Below, piece after piece: positions 9,297 through 18,029 of a DNA stretch of 32,000 nucleotides. Position numbers and translations under genes: made by a program. The notes beneath the pieces are model-generated. The model saw only the letters and a program-made list of their open reading frames with translations, had not been told where the DNA came from and ran no database searches. Source of the DNA: Promethearchaeum syntrophicum (GTDB lineage Archaea; Asgardarchaeota; Lokiarchaeia; Sigyniarchaeales; Promethearchaeaceae). Positions within the stretch are counted from its first letter, which is position 1. The number at the start of each line of letters is the position of its first letter. The stretch covers positions 540,001-572,000 of the forward strand of contig NZ_CP042905.2 in NCBI RefSeq assembly GCF_008000775.2, read 5' to 3'.

Positions 9297-10553
9297 CTAA
9301 AAAAGGTAAGAAGGATTATTTTTAAAAAAAACATTCAAATCATGTGAATTAGGAATTGGCAAATCGCATATTTTACTATTAATGAAATATTCGAAATCAA
9401 ATTCAGTCATTTCTCCTGCTTTTCTATCCGTTATGGGCATCAAACGCGCTGTGAGAGGTTTTTTCAAACGTAAAGAAATCATACCCAAATCCATTAGAAG
9501 TAATTGGATTGCAGCAGGATCAAGATTACCTGGAATTGGGATACAATCTAATCCCAATCCACACATTGTTGAATAGAGCAAGAGTTTAGAAATGTCAATT
9601 TTGGTTTCATTATTTCTTCGTGCAATTGTGTAATCTTCAAGTAATGGTTGCATAAAACCCGAAAAACCAATTTTTGGCCGATCTATGGATTGTAAAGCTT
9701 CGGTGAGAAATCCGACTGAAAAAACAGTACCGGGTTCACCAAATTTAGATAATCCTAGTTGCTCAAGTGCGGTTCCGATACTTTTTTCTTTTGTTGGATA
9801 AGGTGCAGGGCTTAAATCTATTCCCTTGAATAAAAATTCATATTTTTTGCAAAAAGCCTCAGCGATGTCATTAATTTGATCGAATATTTTTGTAAATTTC
9901 AATTGGATTGCTTTCTTAACATTAGTTAAATTTGTAGTAGTTAATGGATTCTTCTTTAACACGGTTATTACTTCGTCGGCTGCCTCTAAGGCTATAGAAA
10001 TTGTTGGGGATTTACCGATGTGATATGCTGAAGGAAAAAAAGGTGTATTTGGAGGAACATTAAAAGTTACTGCAAATTTAACATTTTGGAAGGGATCTGG
10101 CTTTGAAAGTCTCTGAATTATTTTAGTAGATTCCTTAATCGCTTCAAAACTCAGTCCTCCATGATTTGATCCTGCTTGAATACTAGTAAACATATTGGGG
10201 TATTTATAAATTAAATCTGGGATATTTTTCATTATTTTACATTGCATTGGGGTCAAAGATTCTACTTGATCGCACAATCCGGGAGTATATGCATAAATTC
10301 CCAGAAGATTTTCTTTTGTAAATCCTTCAAGAATTGGTAATATTTCTTCTCTTCTTTCAAATATAGAAAAATTTGTAATATCAGTAGTTTTTGAGAAAGT
10401 TTGACTAGCAAATCGAATATACTCCACTTCAATACCGTGATTATTGAAATCATTTTTTAAAATTTGTAGTTTTTTAAGATTATTTCGCAAAGAAGTTAAT
10501 TTTGGGTCACTCTTGAATAAATTTTGACCGATAGTTATCGCTCGTATTTTCAT
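9297..10553 (-). CDS. DUF711 / UPF0210 family protein
   Basis: 418 aa. MKIRAITIGQNLF start, APYPT.KEKSIGTALEQLG, GFSGFMQPLLEDY, KLLLYSTMCGLGLDCIPIPG and TARLMPI fit DUF711 family composition. Confidence 0.8.
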   Translation of the reverse strand: MKIRAITIGQNLFKSDPKLTSLRNNLKKLQILKNDFNNHGIEVEYIRFASQTFSKTTDITNFSIFERREEILPILEGFTKENLLGIYAYTPGLCDQVESLTPMQCKIMKNIPDLIYKYPNMFTSIQAGSNHGGLSFEAIKESTKIIQRLSKPDPFQNVKFAVTFNVPPNTPFFPSAYHIGKSPTISIALEAADEVITVLKKNPLTTTNLTNVKKAIQLKFTKIFDQINDIAEAFCKKYEFLFKGIDLSPAPYPTKEKSIGTALEQLGLSKFGEPGTVFSVGFLTEALQSIDRPKIGFSGFMQPLLEDYTIARRNNETKIDISKLLLYSTMCGLGLDCIPIPGNLDPAAIQLLLMDLGMISLRLKKPLTARLMPITDRKAGEMTEFDFEYFINSKICDLPIPNSHDLNVFFKNNPSYLF

Positions 10554-10586
10554 ATAATTGCATTTAAGTAAATAACCTTAAAAATT

Positions 10587-11414
10587 TTATAATGTAGAAG
10601 AGAGTTCCCTTAAAATTGGAATTTCGAGAGAACAGTCAATACACTCTAGAACCCCTATTCTTACAAGGTAGTCTTGAATCAAAAGACACATTTCCGTATC
10701 GAATGAATAATAAAGAGCTTTATTAGTTTTATTTTGAGAGATGTAGGTTTGAAAAATTTGGTGGAACTTATCCAATCCTTTTTCAGATTCTTCATTTAAG
10801 TAATCTTGAACCATATCCGATTTAAATAACACTAAAAAGATGAGATCATATTTTGAAACTATGCTCATTTCAATCTCCAGACCTTTTATTGTAATTCGTT
10901 CGATTTTCCCAAGATTTTCTTCACCAAACATAGATAAGGCAGAAATGAATTGAGTAATTAAATCTAAGTTTAATCTTTTATCTAATTGTATGCTGTAAAG
11001 TAAATCTCCCCCTGATCGACAAATCCCAATCGCAAGAATATATTTCTTCAAATGACTTTCAACGAGATCATTTCGACACAATTTAGGTTCTCGGATAGTT
11101 TTTCCATCTTCGGTGCTCTTTCCATCAACTTCCAATAGATCTCTAAGAAATTTTGTTCTAATTCCATCAATTCCAAACATGTATTTGTAATAATATTCTC
11201 CAGATTCTGTAAGATGAAGTAAAGGTACATAAAATTTACACTTATGACTTGTGCAAAATTTATCTCGAAATTTTTTATCATTAAGTAGTTCTTGGGGAAT
11301 TTCTAAGGAGTTTACGGAAGTTTCTCTATAAGATATTCCATTTTCAAGAAACCAATCTTTCAATATATCGCATCGGCCACAATCTTGCTTAGTAATAATT
11401 ACAAAATCCTTCAT
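10587..11414 (-). CDS. Fusion of an N-terminal glutaredoxin-like domain (CGRC) with a C-terminal longin/roadblock-like domain
   Basis: N-terminus VIITKQDCGRCDILKDWFLENGISYRETSVNS resembles glutaredoxin/NrdH. C-terminus has the profile ICRSGGDLLYSIQLDKRLNLDLITQFISALSMFGEE..GKIERITIKGLEIEM...YDLIFLVLFKSD.., reminiscent of longin/roadblock regulators of small GTPases. Confidence 0.5.
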   Translation of the reverse strand: MKDFVIITKQDCGRCDILKDWFLENGISYRETSVNSLEIPQELLNDKKFRDKFCTSHKCKFYVPLLHLTESGEYYYKYMFGIDGIRTKFLRDLLEVDGKSTEDGKTIREPKLCRNDLVESHLKKYILAIGICRSGGDLLYSIQLDKRLNLDLITQFISALSMFGEENLGKIERITIKGLEIEMSIVSKYDLIFLVLFKSDMVQDYLNEESEKGLDKFHQIFQTYISQNKTNKALYYSFDTEMCLLIQDYLVRIGVLECIDCSLEIPILRELSSTL

Positions 11415-11472
11415 AAAAATTCACCAATAGATAGAATTGGTAAAGAGTTTAAAAAAATTATGGCTAATTTTT

Positions 11473-11901
11473 CTAATTTTTCTCATAATATTCAAGAGAA
11501 ATCATTGTAGTAGAATCCTGGATACCTTTAATTTTGCGTAAATAATCCAAAATGAATTTATTAAGGTCATCGATAGATTTCACGCGAATCCGAATAACAA
11601 TATCAGTATTTCCGGTCATAATTGCTGCATTTTCGACTGAAGGATGTTCTAACAATTTTTGGACTATTTGTCGTTGATCGGTATTACTAGCTTTTATTAA
11701 AATAATCCCCTGGATATTCCCAAAAACACGATCTTTATCAATATTAATCGTATAGTTTTTAATGATTCCGTTATCTTTGAGCTTTTTTATTCTATTAAAA
11801 ATAGTTGTTGAAGGTAGATTCGTGTTTAGGGACAATTTGGCTACTGAAAGGCTTGCATCTTTTTTCAAAGCATCTATTATAATAAGATCTTTTTCATCCA
11901 T
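11473..11901 (-). CDS. Lrp/AsnC family transcriptional regulator
   Basis: 142 aa. Winged HTH DLIIIDALKKDASLSVAKLSLNTNLPSTTIFNRIKKLKDNGIIKNYTINID followed by an AsnC_trans_reg-type domain. Confidence 0.93.
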   Translation of the reverse strand: MDEKDLIIIDALKKDASLSVAKLSLNTNLPSTTIFNRIKKLKDNGIIKNYTINIDKDRVFGNIQGIILIKASNTDQRQIVQKLLEHPSVENAAIMTGNTDIVIRIRVKSIDDLNKFILDYLRKIKGIQDSTTMISLEYYEKN

Positions 11902-11956
11902 ATATTCATTTCACTCATTTTTTGAGACATTGATATAGAAAATTTCTAACTCTATT

Positions 11957-11972
11957 TGGAATATTCATTCCA
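11957..11972. promoter_or_regulatory. Perfect inverted repeat TGGAAT-ATTC-ATTCCA; candidate operator in the divergent Lrp/asnA-like intergenic region
   Basis: Read directly: tggaatattcattcca; TGGAAT and ATTCCA are reverse complements. 55 nt upstream of the Lrp start. Confidence 0.45.
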
Positions 11973-12013
11973 TTATATTAATATCTATGCATAAAAATTG
12001 TATATATTGTCCG

Positions 12014-12032
12014 CTTTTTTGGAACAAAAAAG
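12014..12032. promoter_or_regulatory. Perfect inverted repeat CTTTTTT-GGAAC-AAAAAAG upstream of the asnA-like gene
   Basis: Read directly: ctttttt ggaac aaaaaag, 7-bp arms, about 30 nt before the CDS start at 12062. Confidence 0.35.
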
Positions 12033-12061
12033 ATTAAATTCTACATTTTGATATAATATTT

Positions 12062-12997
12062 ATGTTAGAATCCTTAATTCATTCGAATTCTCAAAATATA
12101 TTAACCTCTCATTCTATGTTAATACTCCAGATTCAAACAGAAGCTCTAAAAGCAATTCATGATTATCTGTATGAGCAAAATTTGATACAATTAATGCCTG
12201 TAATGTTATCACCCATTACCGATCCCTTAAGTCATGAAACATCTGATGCAAAAATCACCTATTTTGGGCAAGAATTGCAATTAACAAAAAGTATGATTTT
12301 CCATAAGCAATTAGCAATAGCATCCAGTAATACAAAAGGAATCTATATAATGTCTCCAAATATAAGATTGGAAAAATACGATAAAAGAGATTCTGGTAGA
12401 CATCTTATTGAATTTTCACAAGTAGATATTGAACTTCGCGAGGTTAACTCACTTAAATTTATGGAATTGATAGAAGGTTTAATAATTTCAGTTATAAATA
12501 GAGTTAAAGAGAAATGTAAAATTGGATTAGAAAACCTTGGAGTATCTCTGAGAATTCCTGCGCGACCTTTTAAAATATATTCAAGCGAAGAATTAAAGAA
12601 AAAGCTTGGGGAAAATTTTGAAAAAGAATCATCCTTGCGTGAAATCGATCCATTTTGGATTACAGATTATTATCGTGAATTTTATGATAAAGAGGATCCC
12701 AAACGACCCGGACATTATTTGAACTATGATTTAATATACCCAGAGGGATTTAATGAAGCCCTATCAGGGGGAGAGCGTGATTTTGAATACAAAATTCTAC
12801 TTCGAAAAATCAAAGAGCGACATCAGAATCCTGAAATATTTGAATTCTATTTAGATGAAGCAAAAGAAGGAAAATTAGTTGCTAGTGCAGGAGGTGGGTT
12901 AGGAATTGAACGGTTAGTTAGATTTCTAACGAAAATTCAGCATATCAGAGATGTCTCTCCATTTTCTAAAGTTCCAGGAGAGCATTACCAGATTTAA
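12062..12997 (+). CDS. Archaeal asparagine synthetase A-like protein (class II AspRS/AsnRS-related, catalytic domain only)
   Basis: 311 aa with no anticodon-binding domain. Class II motifs: FSQVDIELREVNSLKFMELIEG, PFWITDYYREFYD, GGERDFEY, and motif 3 ASAGGGLGIERLVRFL. Confidence 0.8.
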   Translation: MLESLIHSNSQNILTSHSMLILQIQTEALKAIHDYLYEQNLIQLMPVMLSPITDPLSHETSDAKITYFGQELQLTKSMIFHKQLAIASSNTKGIYIMSPNIRLEKYDKRDSGRHLIEFSQVDIELREVNSLKFMELIEGLIISVINRVKEKCKIGLENLGVSLRIPARPFKIYSSEELKKKLGENFEKESSLREIDPFWITDYYREFYDKEDPKRPGHYLNYDLIYPEGFNEALSGGERDFEYKILLRKIKERHQNPEIFEFYLDEAKEGKLVASAGGGLGIERLVRFLTKIQHIRDVSPFSKVPGEHYQI

Positions 12998-13035
12998 TGT
13001 AATTTTTTATTTATGTGAAATTAAGAAGAAACATA

Positions 13036-14088
13036 ATGCGAATAATCGATTTTAGATCTGATACTGTTACTAAACCATCACCTGAGATGTGGAATAAACT
13101 TAAGACTTTAGATAATTCTAATTTAGGTGATGATGTTGAAGGGGAAGATCCAACCGTCAATGAATTGGAACGAAAAGCTGCTAAACTAGTAGGAAAAGAA
13201 GCAGCTATCCTCGCTTCTTCTGGAACACAAGGAAATCTTATTTCTTTATTATCTCAGACTTCTCCAGGCGATGAGATATTGATCGAAGAACGTTCTCATA
13301 TATATAAATGGGAAGTTGGTGGGGCAGCACGACTAGGAGGTTTAATGGTAAGAACTTTTCCTTCAAATAAAGGTAGTTTTATTCCAAGTAAATTACAACC
13401 CTTAATTAGACACAAGGATATTCACGAACCTGTCACTTCTTTAATTTGTTTAGAGAATACTCATAATGATCATGGGGGAATTGCTCTACCTATTTCTCTT
13501 TTCAAAGAAACTGAATCATTCGCTAATAAAAATAACCTTAAGATCCATTTAGATGGAGCTCGGATATTTAATGCAGCTGTAGCTTTAAATCAACCGGTAA
13601 CCGAATTTACTAAATTTGTTGATAGCGTTCAATTTTGCTTGTCAAAAGGTTTATCTTGCCCAATAGGATCAATTCTTGCCGGATCCTCAGAAATGATCAA
13701 TAAAGCTAGAAAATTTAGAAAAATGGTAGGAGGAGGCATGCGACAAGCGGGAATAATTGCTGCGATGCCTCTTGTAGCATTAGAATCTAAATGGATAGCT
13801 AGATTGGCTGAAGATCAAAAAAATGCTTTTAGATTATACGAAGGTTTGTTAGATTCTGGTCTCAAAATAAATGTTCAAAAACCTGATACAAATATATTGA
13901 TGGTGGGATTCCCAGAAAATGCTCCAATGTCAAAAATAATAGAGTTATTAAATAATGATGGGATTAAAACACATGATACCGACCAAAGAATACGTTTTGT
14001 GACACATTATGGGTTAAACGAAGATGATGTTGATTATAGTATTGAAATAATTCTAAAAACATTTAAAAAATTCTTTGATTCGTTTTAA
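13036..14088 (+). CDS. ltaE: Low-specificity L-threonine aldolase (PLP-dependent, beta-eliminating lyase family)
   Basis: FRSDTVTKPSPEMW, ASSGTQGNLISLL, ENTHNDHGG, HLDGARIFNA, CLSKGLSCPIGS (PLP Lys), RKMVGGGMRQAG. The track start (GTG 13015) is less likely than ATG 13036. Confidence 0.93.
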   Translation: MRIIDFRSDTVTKPSPEMWNKLKTLDNSNLGDDVEGEDPTVNELERKAAKLVGKEAAILASSGTQGNLISLLSQTSPGDEILIEERSHIYKWEVGGAARLGGLMVRTFPSNKGSFIPSKLQPLIRHKDIHEPVTSLICLENTHNDHGGIALPISLFKETESFANKNNLKIHLDGARIFNAAVALNQPVTEFTKFVDSVQFCLSKGLSCPIGSILAGSSEMINKARKFRKMVGGGMRQAGIIAAMPLVALESKWIARLAEDQKNAFRLYEGLLDSGLKINVQKPDTNILMVGFPENAPMSKIIELLNNDGIKTHDTDQRIRFVTHYGLNEDDVDYSIEIILKTFKKFFDSF

Positions 14089-14109
14089 ATACCTTTTTTT
14101 TTGTTTCAC

Positions 14110-14460
14110 CTAATTTAAACGGTTAAATTTATCTTTCTTTTTTCCTTTTTCCATCTCATTCAATTTTTTTTGTCTCTCTCTTTTAAGATAGATTAAATTT
14201 TCATAAATCCTTTTCCATTTATTTCTTTTAAAACTCGTAATATTAACTAATATAAACCCCACGGCTGCGCATGTTATTGAAACCCAAGTAATGTTTAAAA
14301 ATATAAACACTATACTTAAAATTCCTAAAATAATTGCGAGAATATAATAAAAACGGTAATTTTTCATTCGGTTTTTATGAAATGTTTGCATTTCTTCATC
14401 AGAAATATTAGCTAATTTCTCTGCTAAATCTCCCTTATTATATGGTCCGATTTTTGACAT
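14110..14460 (-). CDS. Small two-TM hypothetical protein
   Basis: 116 aa with a hydrophobic pair FYYILAIILGILSIVFIFL / WVSITCAAVGFILVNIT. Overlaps the upstream GH35-like CDS by 1 nt. Confidence 0.6.
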   Translation of the reverse strand: MSKIGPYNKGDLAEKLANISDEEMQTFHKNRMKNYRFYYILAIILGILSIVFIFLNITWVSITCAAVGFILVNITSFKRNKWKRIYENLIYLKRERQKKLNEMEKGKKKDKFNRLN

Positions 14461-16961
14461 TATTTTTCATCTCCTGGCACGAAATATTTCTGAATTTTAA
14501 ACGTAAAATTTTCCTTCTCTATTTGAAAAGAAAAACTCGATTCACAATTAGAAAGAATTGTAAATTCTTTAAATTCTTTATAATTTCTCACACTTTTCTC
14601 TTCAGAAATTTTTATTGTTCCCTTTTCTATTTCAATTTTTGAAGCGTTTTTTGACATCCAAATGCTTATTTTTCCAGTGAAATCATTAGGGAAAGATGGA
14701 TGTGCCAAAAACCGAATGGAAATTGTGTGTTCATCATTTTTATTAATAATTGCGTAGATCTCTCCAGTACAATAATGAATAATTACATCCTCAGAAATTT
14801 GTTTAAACGCATGCCATGTTGAAAAAGTATTAGGAGGTAAGGTAATTTCATTAATTACTAGATTTTTTGGAAATATTTGGCTCAATGGGTTATAAAAGGT
14901 AAAAGAAACGGATTTAATCGGTGCTGATTTAAGATTTCCTACTGTAATAAATCTTTCATCAATTGAAGTCGCATTTTGGATTGCTACACATTCATTTGTA
15001 GCTGAAATATTTTGTATTGGAAAATCTGCTTCTTCAAGTAATAAATTCAATAATTTAAGAGAAGAAATTTCTTTTTTTGGCATAATTCCACAGTGTATTA
15101 TTTTTCCTCCATTAACTTTACGAGAAAAAGCCAAAATATGTCTGGATTTACCTTTATGAGCCAAAATATGAACATCTTTTAATTTGGTTATTTCATATTC
15201 AAATATGTTTTCTATATCATTAAATAATTCAGTGCTTTCTTCAAATATTAAAGTACAACCTTCATAATCTTGAATTTCTTGTAAGCATTTAGCACCATAG
15301 AGATTAGATATTAAGTCATCAAATTCCAAATTTTCATTTAAAGATGGAATATCTCCAAAAGTTATAAGTGTACCTCCGTTTTCTACATATTTAAGTAATT
15401 TAATCATTATTTTATGCTCTAACCACCCTAAGAAATAAAGAATTAAAAATGGTTTTCTATCTAATTCTTCATTAGTAATATTCTGTAAGTCGATTACATC
15501 ATACTGTAGGAATGTTTTCGTAAATAATTGCATCAGATTCTTGTAACTATATTTTAAATGCTCATAATTTATCGGGAAAGAGAATGATTGAGAATTTATT
15601 GGAGGAGTAAAAGATTTTAAGCGGGTAACAGGATGGTAGTAAGCAAGAGTTAATGGATCATACACTTTTTTGCTTTCTATTAACGATTTTAGGTGGAGAT
15701 CTATGAATTGCTTGAAATTTTGTATTTCTCTAAATCGCTTAGATGATTGAAATTGAATTTGCTCTGGTAATTGAGGTTGGACAAACGACAAAGCTTTAAT
15801 TCCGTGAGCCAACGATAGTCTTAAGATATTTTGTGTATTTTTGCAAACAAATTTTTGGCCAAAAATGCATTCTTGAATTTTTGATATGAAGGTTGGTCCT
15901 GAAGATTGGCTTTTTAACCATTCCGAATGCCAATTAATATAACAATTGACATTTACTTGAGATTTAAATACAATCGGATAAAAATTCAGACTAATAGTGA
16001 AAGGATTTCGATTTTGCTTTAGTGAAATTGAATGTTTAAGTGAATTTACGGAAATTGGGCTTTTATATGACCATAAATTTAAAATTAAAGGGAGATTTAT
16101 ATTGAATTCATTGAAAAAATCAAATAGCTCCCCAATATATTGATTGAGGATGCTTTCTTTAAATTCTAACCATTCTATATAGGGAATAATCTCCTTAATT
16201 GGATGTTTTAGATTTAATGGAGGCGATGGAGGTAAAATATCTTCAAAATCTTTATAATCGGATAAATAGATCTCATTAAAAATCGGAATTAAGAGATATT
16301 TATTTTTCAACCATTTTCTATACAATTTTTGATTGAATTGAGAATATCCAAAACTAAAATACATTTCATCGAAATTATACAAAAGATCATCTTCGAATTG
16401 AATAAGAATGATGTTTCCTTTTGGATATTGGTAATTTTCGATTAGTGAAAAAATCTTTTTATACCAATTATGCACTTTCTCTAAATATTTTGGGTGTAAA
16501 ATTGATATTATTGGGGTTTTTTGATTATTTAGATCTTTTTGATTCTTCTCAGATGTTTTTTTACCTGGAAAAGGAGAATCTAGTATTTCATTATAATTCT
16601 CAAATAACCAAAGTGGATAGCCAGAATTTTGTATTGCTTGGGAGCTTCGAGGACCCGATTTGATATAAATAAGTATGTTATTTTTCGCGCACAGGTGAAA
16701 TAATTTCTTCAGATTACAATTTGAAGATTTAAAATCAAATTCTCCTTCTATTTTTTCATGAAAATTCCAAGGAATGTAAATAGTAATGGCATTAAATCCT
16801 ATTTTTTTAAGATTTTTTATTTCTTCATTCCATTTTTCCTGAGGAATTATGTAATAATGAAATTCACTAGAAAATAGAAATACCGGATTTTCACCAATAA
16901 GAATTGAATTCGAATTCAATTTTACTTCAAGGTTATCATCCATCAAAGCCATCTCATACAC
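14460..16961 (-). CDS. GH35-like (beta-galactosidase superfamily) protein with altered catalytic motifs
   Basis: 833 aa. FHYYIIPQEKWNEEIKNLKKIGFNAITIYIPWNFHEKIEGEFDFKSSNCNLKKLFHLCAKNNILIYIKSGPR..GYPLWL matches GH35 N-terminal barrel blocks. Catalytic segments deviate (see findings). Confidence 0.8.
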   Translation of the reverse strand: MYEMALMDDNLEVKLNSNSILIGENPVFLFSSEFHYYIIPQEKWNEEIKNLKKIGFNAITIYIPWNFHEKIEGEFDFKSSNCNLKKLFHLCAKNNILIYIKSGPRSSQAIQNSGYPLWLFENYNEILDSPFPGKKTSEKNQKDLNNQKTPIISILHPKYLEKVHNWYKKIFSLIENYQYPKGNIILIQFEDDLLYNFDEMYFSFGYSQFNQKLYRKWLKNKYLLIPIFNEIYLSDYKDFEDILPPSPPLNLKHPIKEIIPYIEWLEFKESILNQYIGELFDFFNEFNINLPLILNLWSYKSPISVNSLKHSISLKQNRNPFTISLNFYPIVFKSQVNVNCYINWHSEWLKSQSSGPTFISKIQECIFGQKFVCKNTQNILRLSLAHGIKALSFVQPQLPEQIQFQSSKRFREIQNFKQFIDLHLKSLIESKKVYDPLTLAYYHPVTRLKSFTPPINSQSFSFPINYEHLKYSYKNLMQLFTKTFLQYDVIDLQNITNEELDRKPFLILYFLGWLEHKIMIKLLKYVENGGTLITFGDIPSLNENLEFDDLISNLYGAKCLQEIQDYEGCTLIFEESTELFNDIENIFEYEITKLKDVHILAHKGKSRHILAFSRKVNGGKIIHCGIMPKKEISSLKLLNLLLEEADFPIQNISATNECVAIQNATSIDERFITVGNLKSAPIKSVSFTFYNPLSQIFPKNLVINEITLPPNTFSTWHAFKQISEDVIIHYCTGEIYAIINKNDEHTISIRFLAHPSFPNDFTGKISIWMSKNASKIEIEKGTIKISEEKSVRNYKEFKEFTILSNCESSFSFQIEKENFTFKIQKYFVPGDEK

Positions 16962-16995
16962 ACTTTTGGTTTTTTTCTATTTAAACCTATTCCAA

Positions 16996-17964
16996 TTAAC
17001 CATTAATAATCTCATGGAAAGTCTTTTCATACCGTTCTTGAACGTCTGCCCAAGAATATTTCTGCGTTTGAGGACCTACCGTTTCTACTGAAAAAGAAGA
17101 GAGTGTTGCTCCAATTTGACATGAATCTTTTAGAGAATAATTTTGTGAAATTCCATATAATAATCCTGCTCTAAAAGCATCCCCCGCACCAGTAGTATCA
17201 ATCACTTGATTTGGAGTACAAATTCCTATTAGTTCTTTTTTTCCTTCAAAGAACAATTCAGAACCTTTATCACCTTTTGTTATAATTAGGTTGGGATTCA
17301 TTCCTAAAAGTTCATCCAGTGATTTTCCCAATTTTTCAATAATCATTTGTATTTCAAATTCATTTCCAATAACCAGAAAAGCCTTTGGGATTAATTCTTC
17401 TAATATTTCTTTTGTAAAGGCTGGTGTTACCTGCCCTGAATCTAAAATAAATCTAATTCCCAGATTATTAAGTTCTCTTGCCCATTTCGCCATTGCACCG
17501 ACATTATCTGGGCTAATAGATGCAATTTCAATAGTTTTACGTGAAATTTTTCGATCTTTCAAACTTATCTGAGGACATTTGCTCATAGCTCCCTCATGAA
17601 ATATAATAAACTGGTTATGATTTACATCATTTACAATATAACAACTTGCAGAAAATAATTCTTGATGGATATCTCCAATAAATTCTAAGGTTGGATGTTG
17701 TTTCATATGTGCTTCATACCCAAGATCTACAAAATCTTTCCCAACTGCAGTCACTATCTTTGTAGGAGCGGCAATTTTTGCTAAATTATATGAAATATTA
17801 CCAGAAGTTCCACCAAATCTAATCTCTTTTGATGTAGGCATAACTGCTAAATTAAAAATCTTTTGTTCTTTATTGGTTGTGAGATTATCATTCAAATCTC
17901 CTTGAAATTCCATAATATAATCATAAGCTATAGAGCCACAAACCAAAATTTTCTTTTCATTCAT
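16996..17964 (-). CDS. PfkB-family sugar/nucleoside kinase
   Basis: 322 aa. GGTSGNISYNLAKI near the N-terminus and the C-terminal signature VIDTTGAGDAFRAGLLYG. Confidence 0.93.
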   Translation of the reverse strand: MNEKKILVCGSIAYDYIMEFQGDLNDNLTTNKEQKIFNLAVMPTSKEIRFGGTSGNISYNLAKIAAPTKIVTAVGKDFVDLGYEAHMKQHPTLEFIGDIHQELFSASCYIVNDVNHNQFIIFHEGAMSKCPQISLKDRKISRKTIEIASISPDNVGAMAKWARELNNLGIRFILDSGQVTPAFTKEILEELIPKAFLVIGNEFEIQMIIEKLGKSLDELLGMNPNLIITKGDKGSELFFEGKKELIGICTPNQVIDTTGAGDAFRAGLLYGISQNYSLKDSCQIGATLSSFSVETVGPQTQKYSWADVQERYEKTFHEIING

Positions 17965-18029
17965 AAGTAGGAATAAGTAAGGTAAAAAAAAAATTATTGG
18001 AAAAAAATGGAAAAAATAGAAGAATTAAA

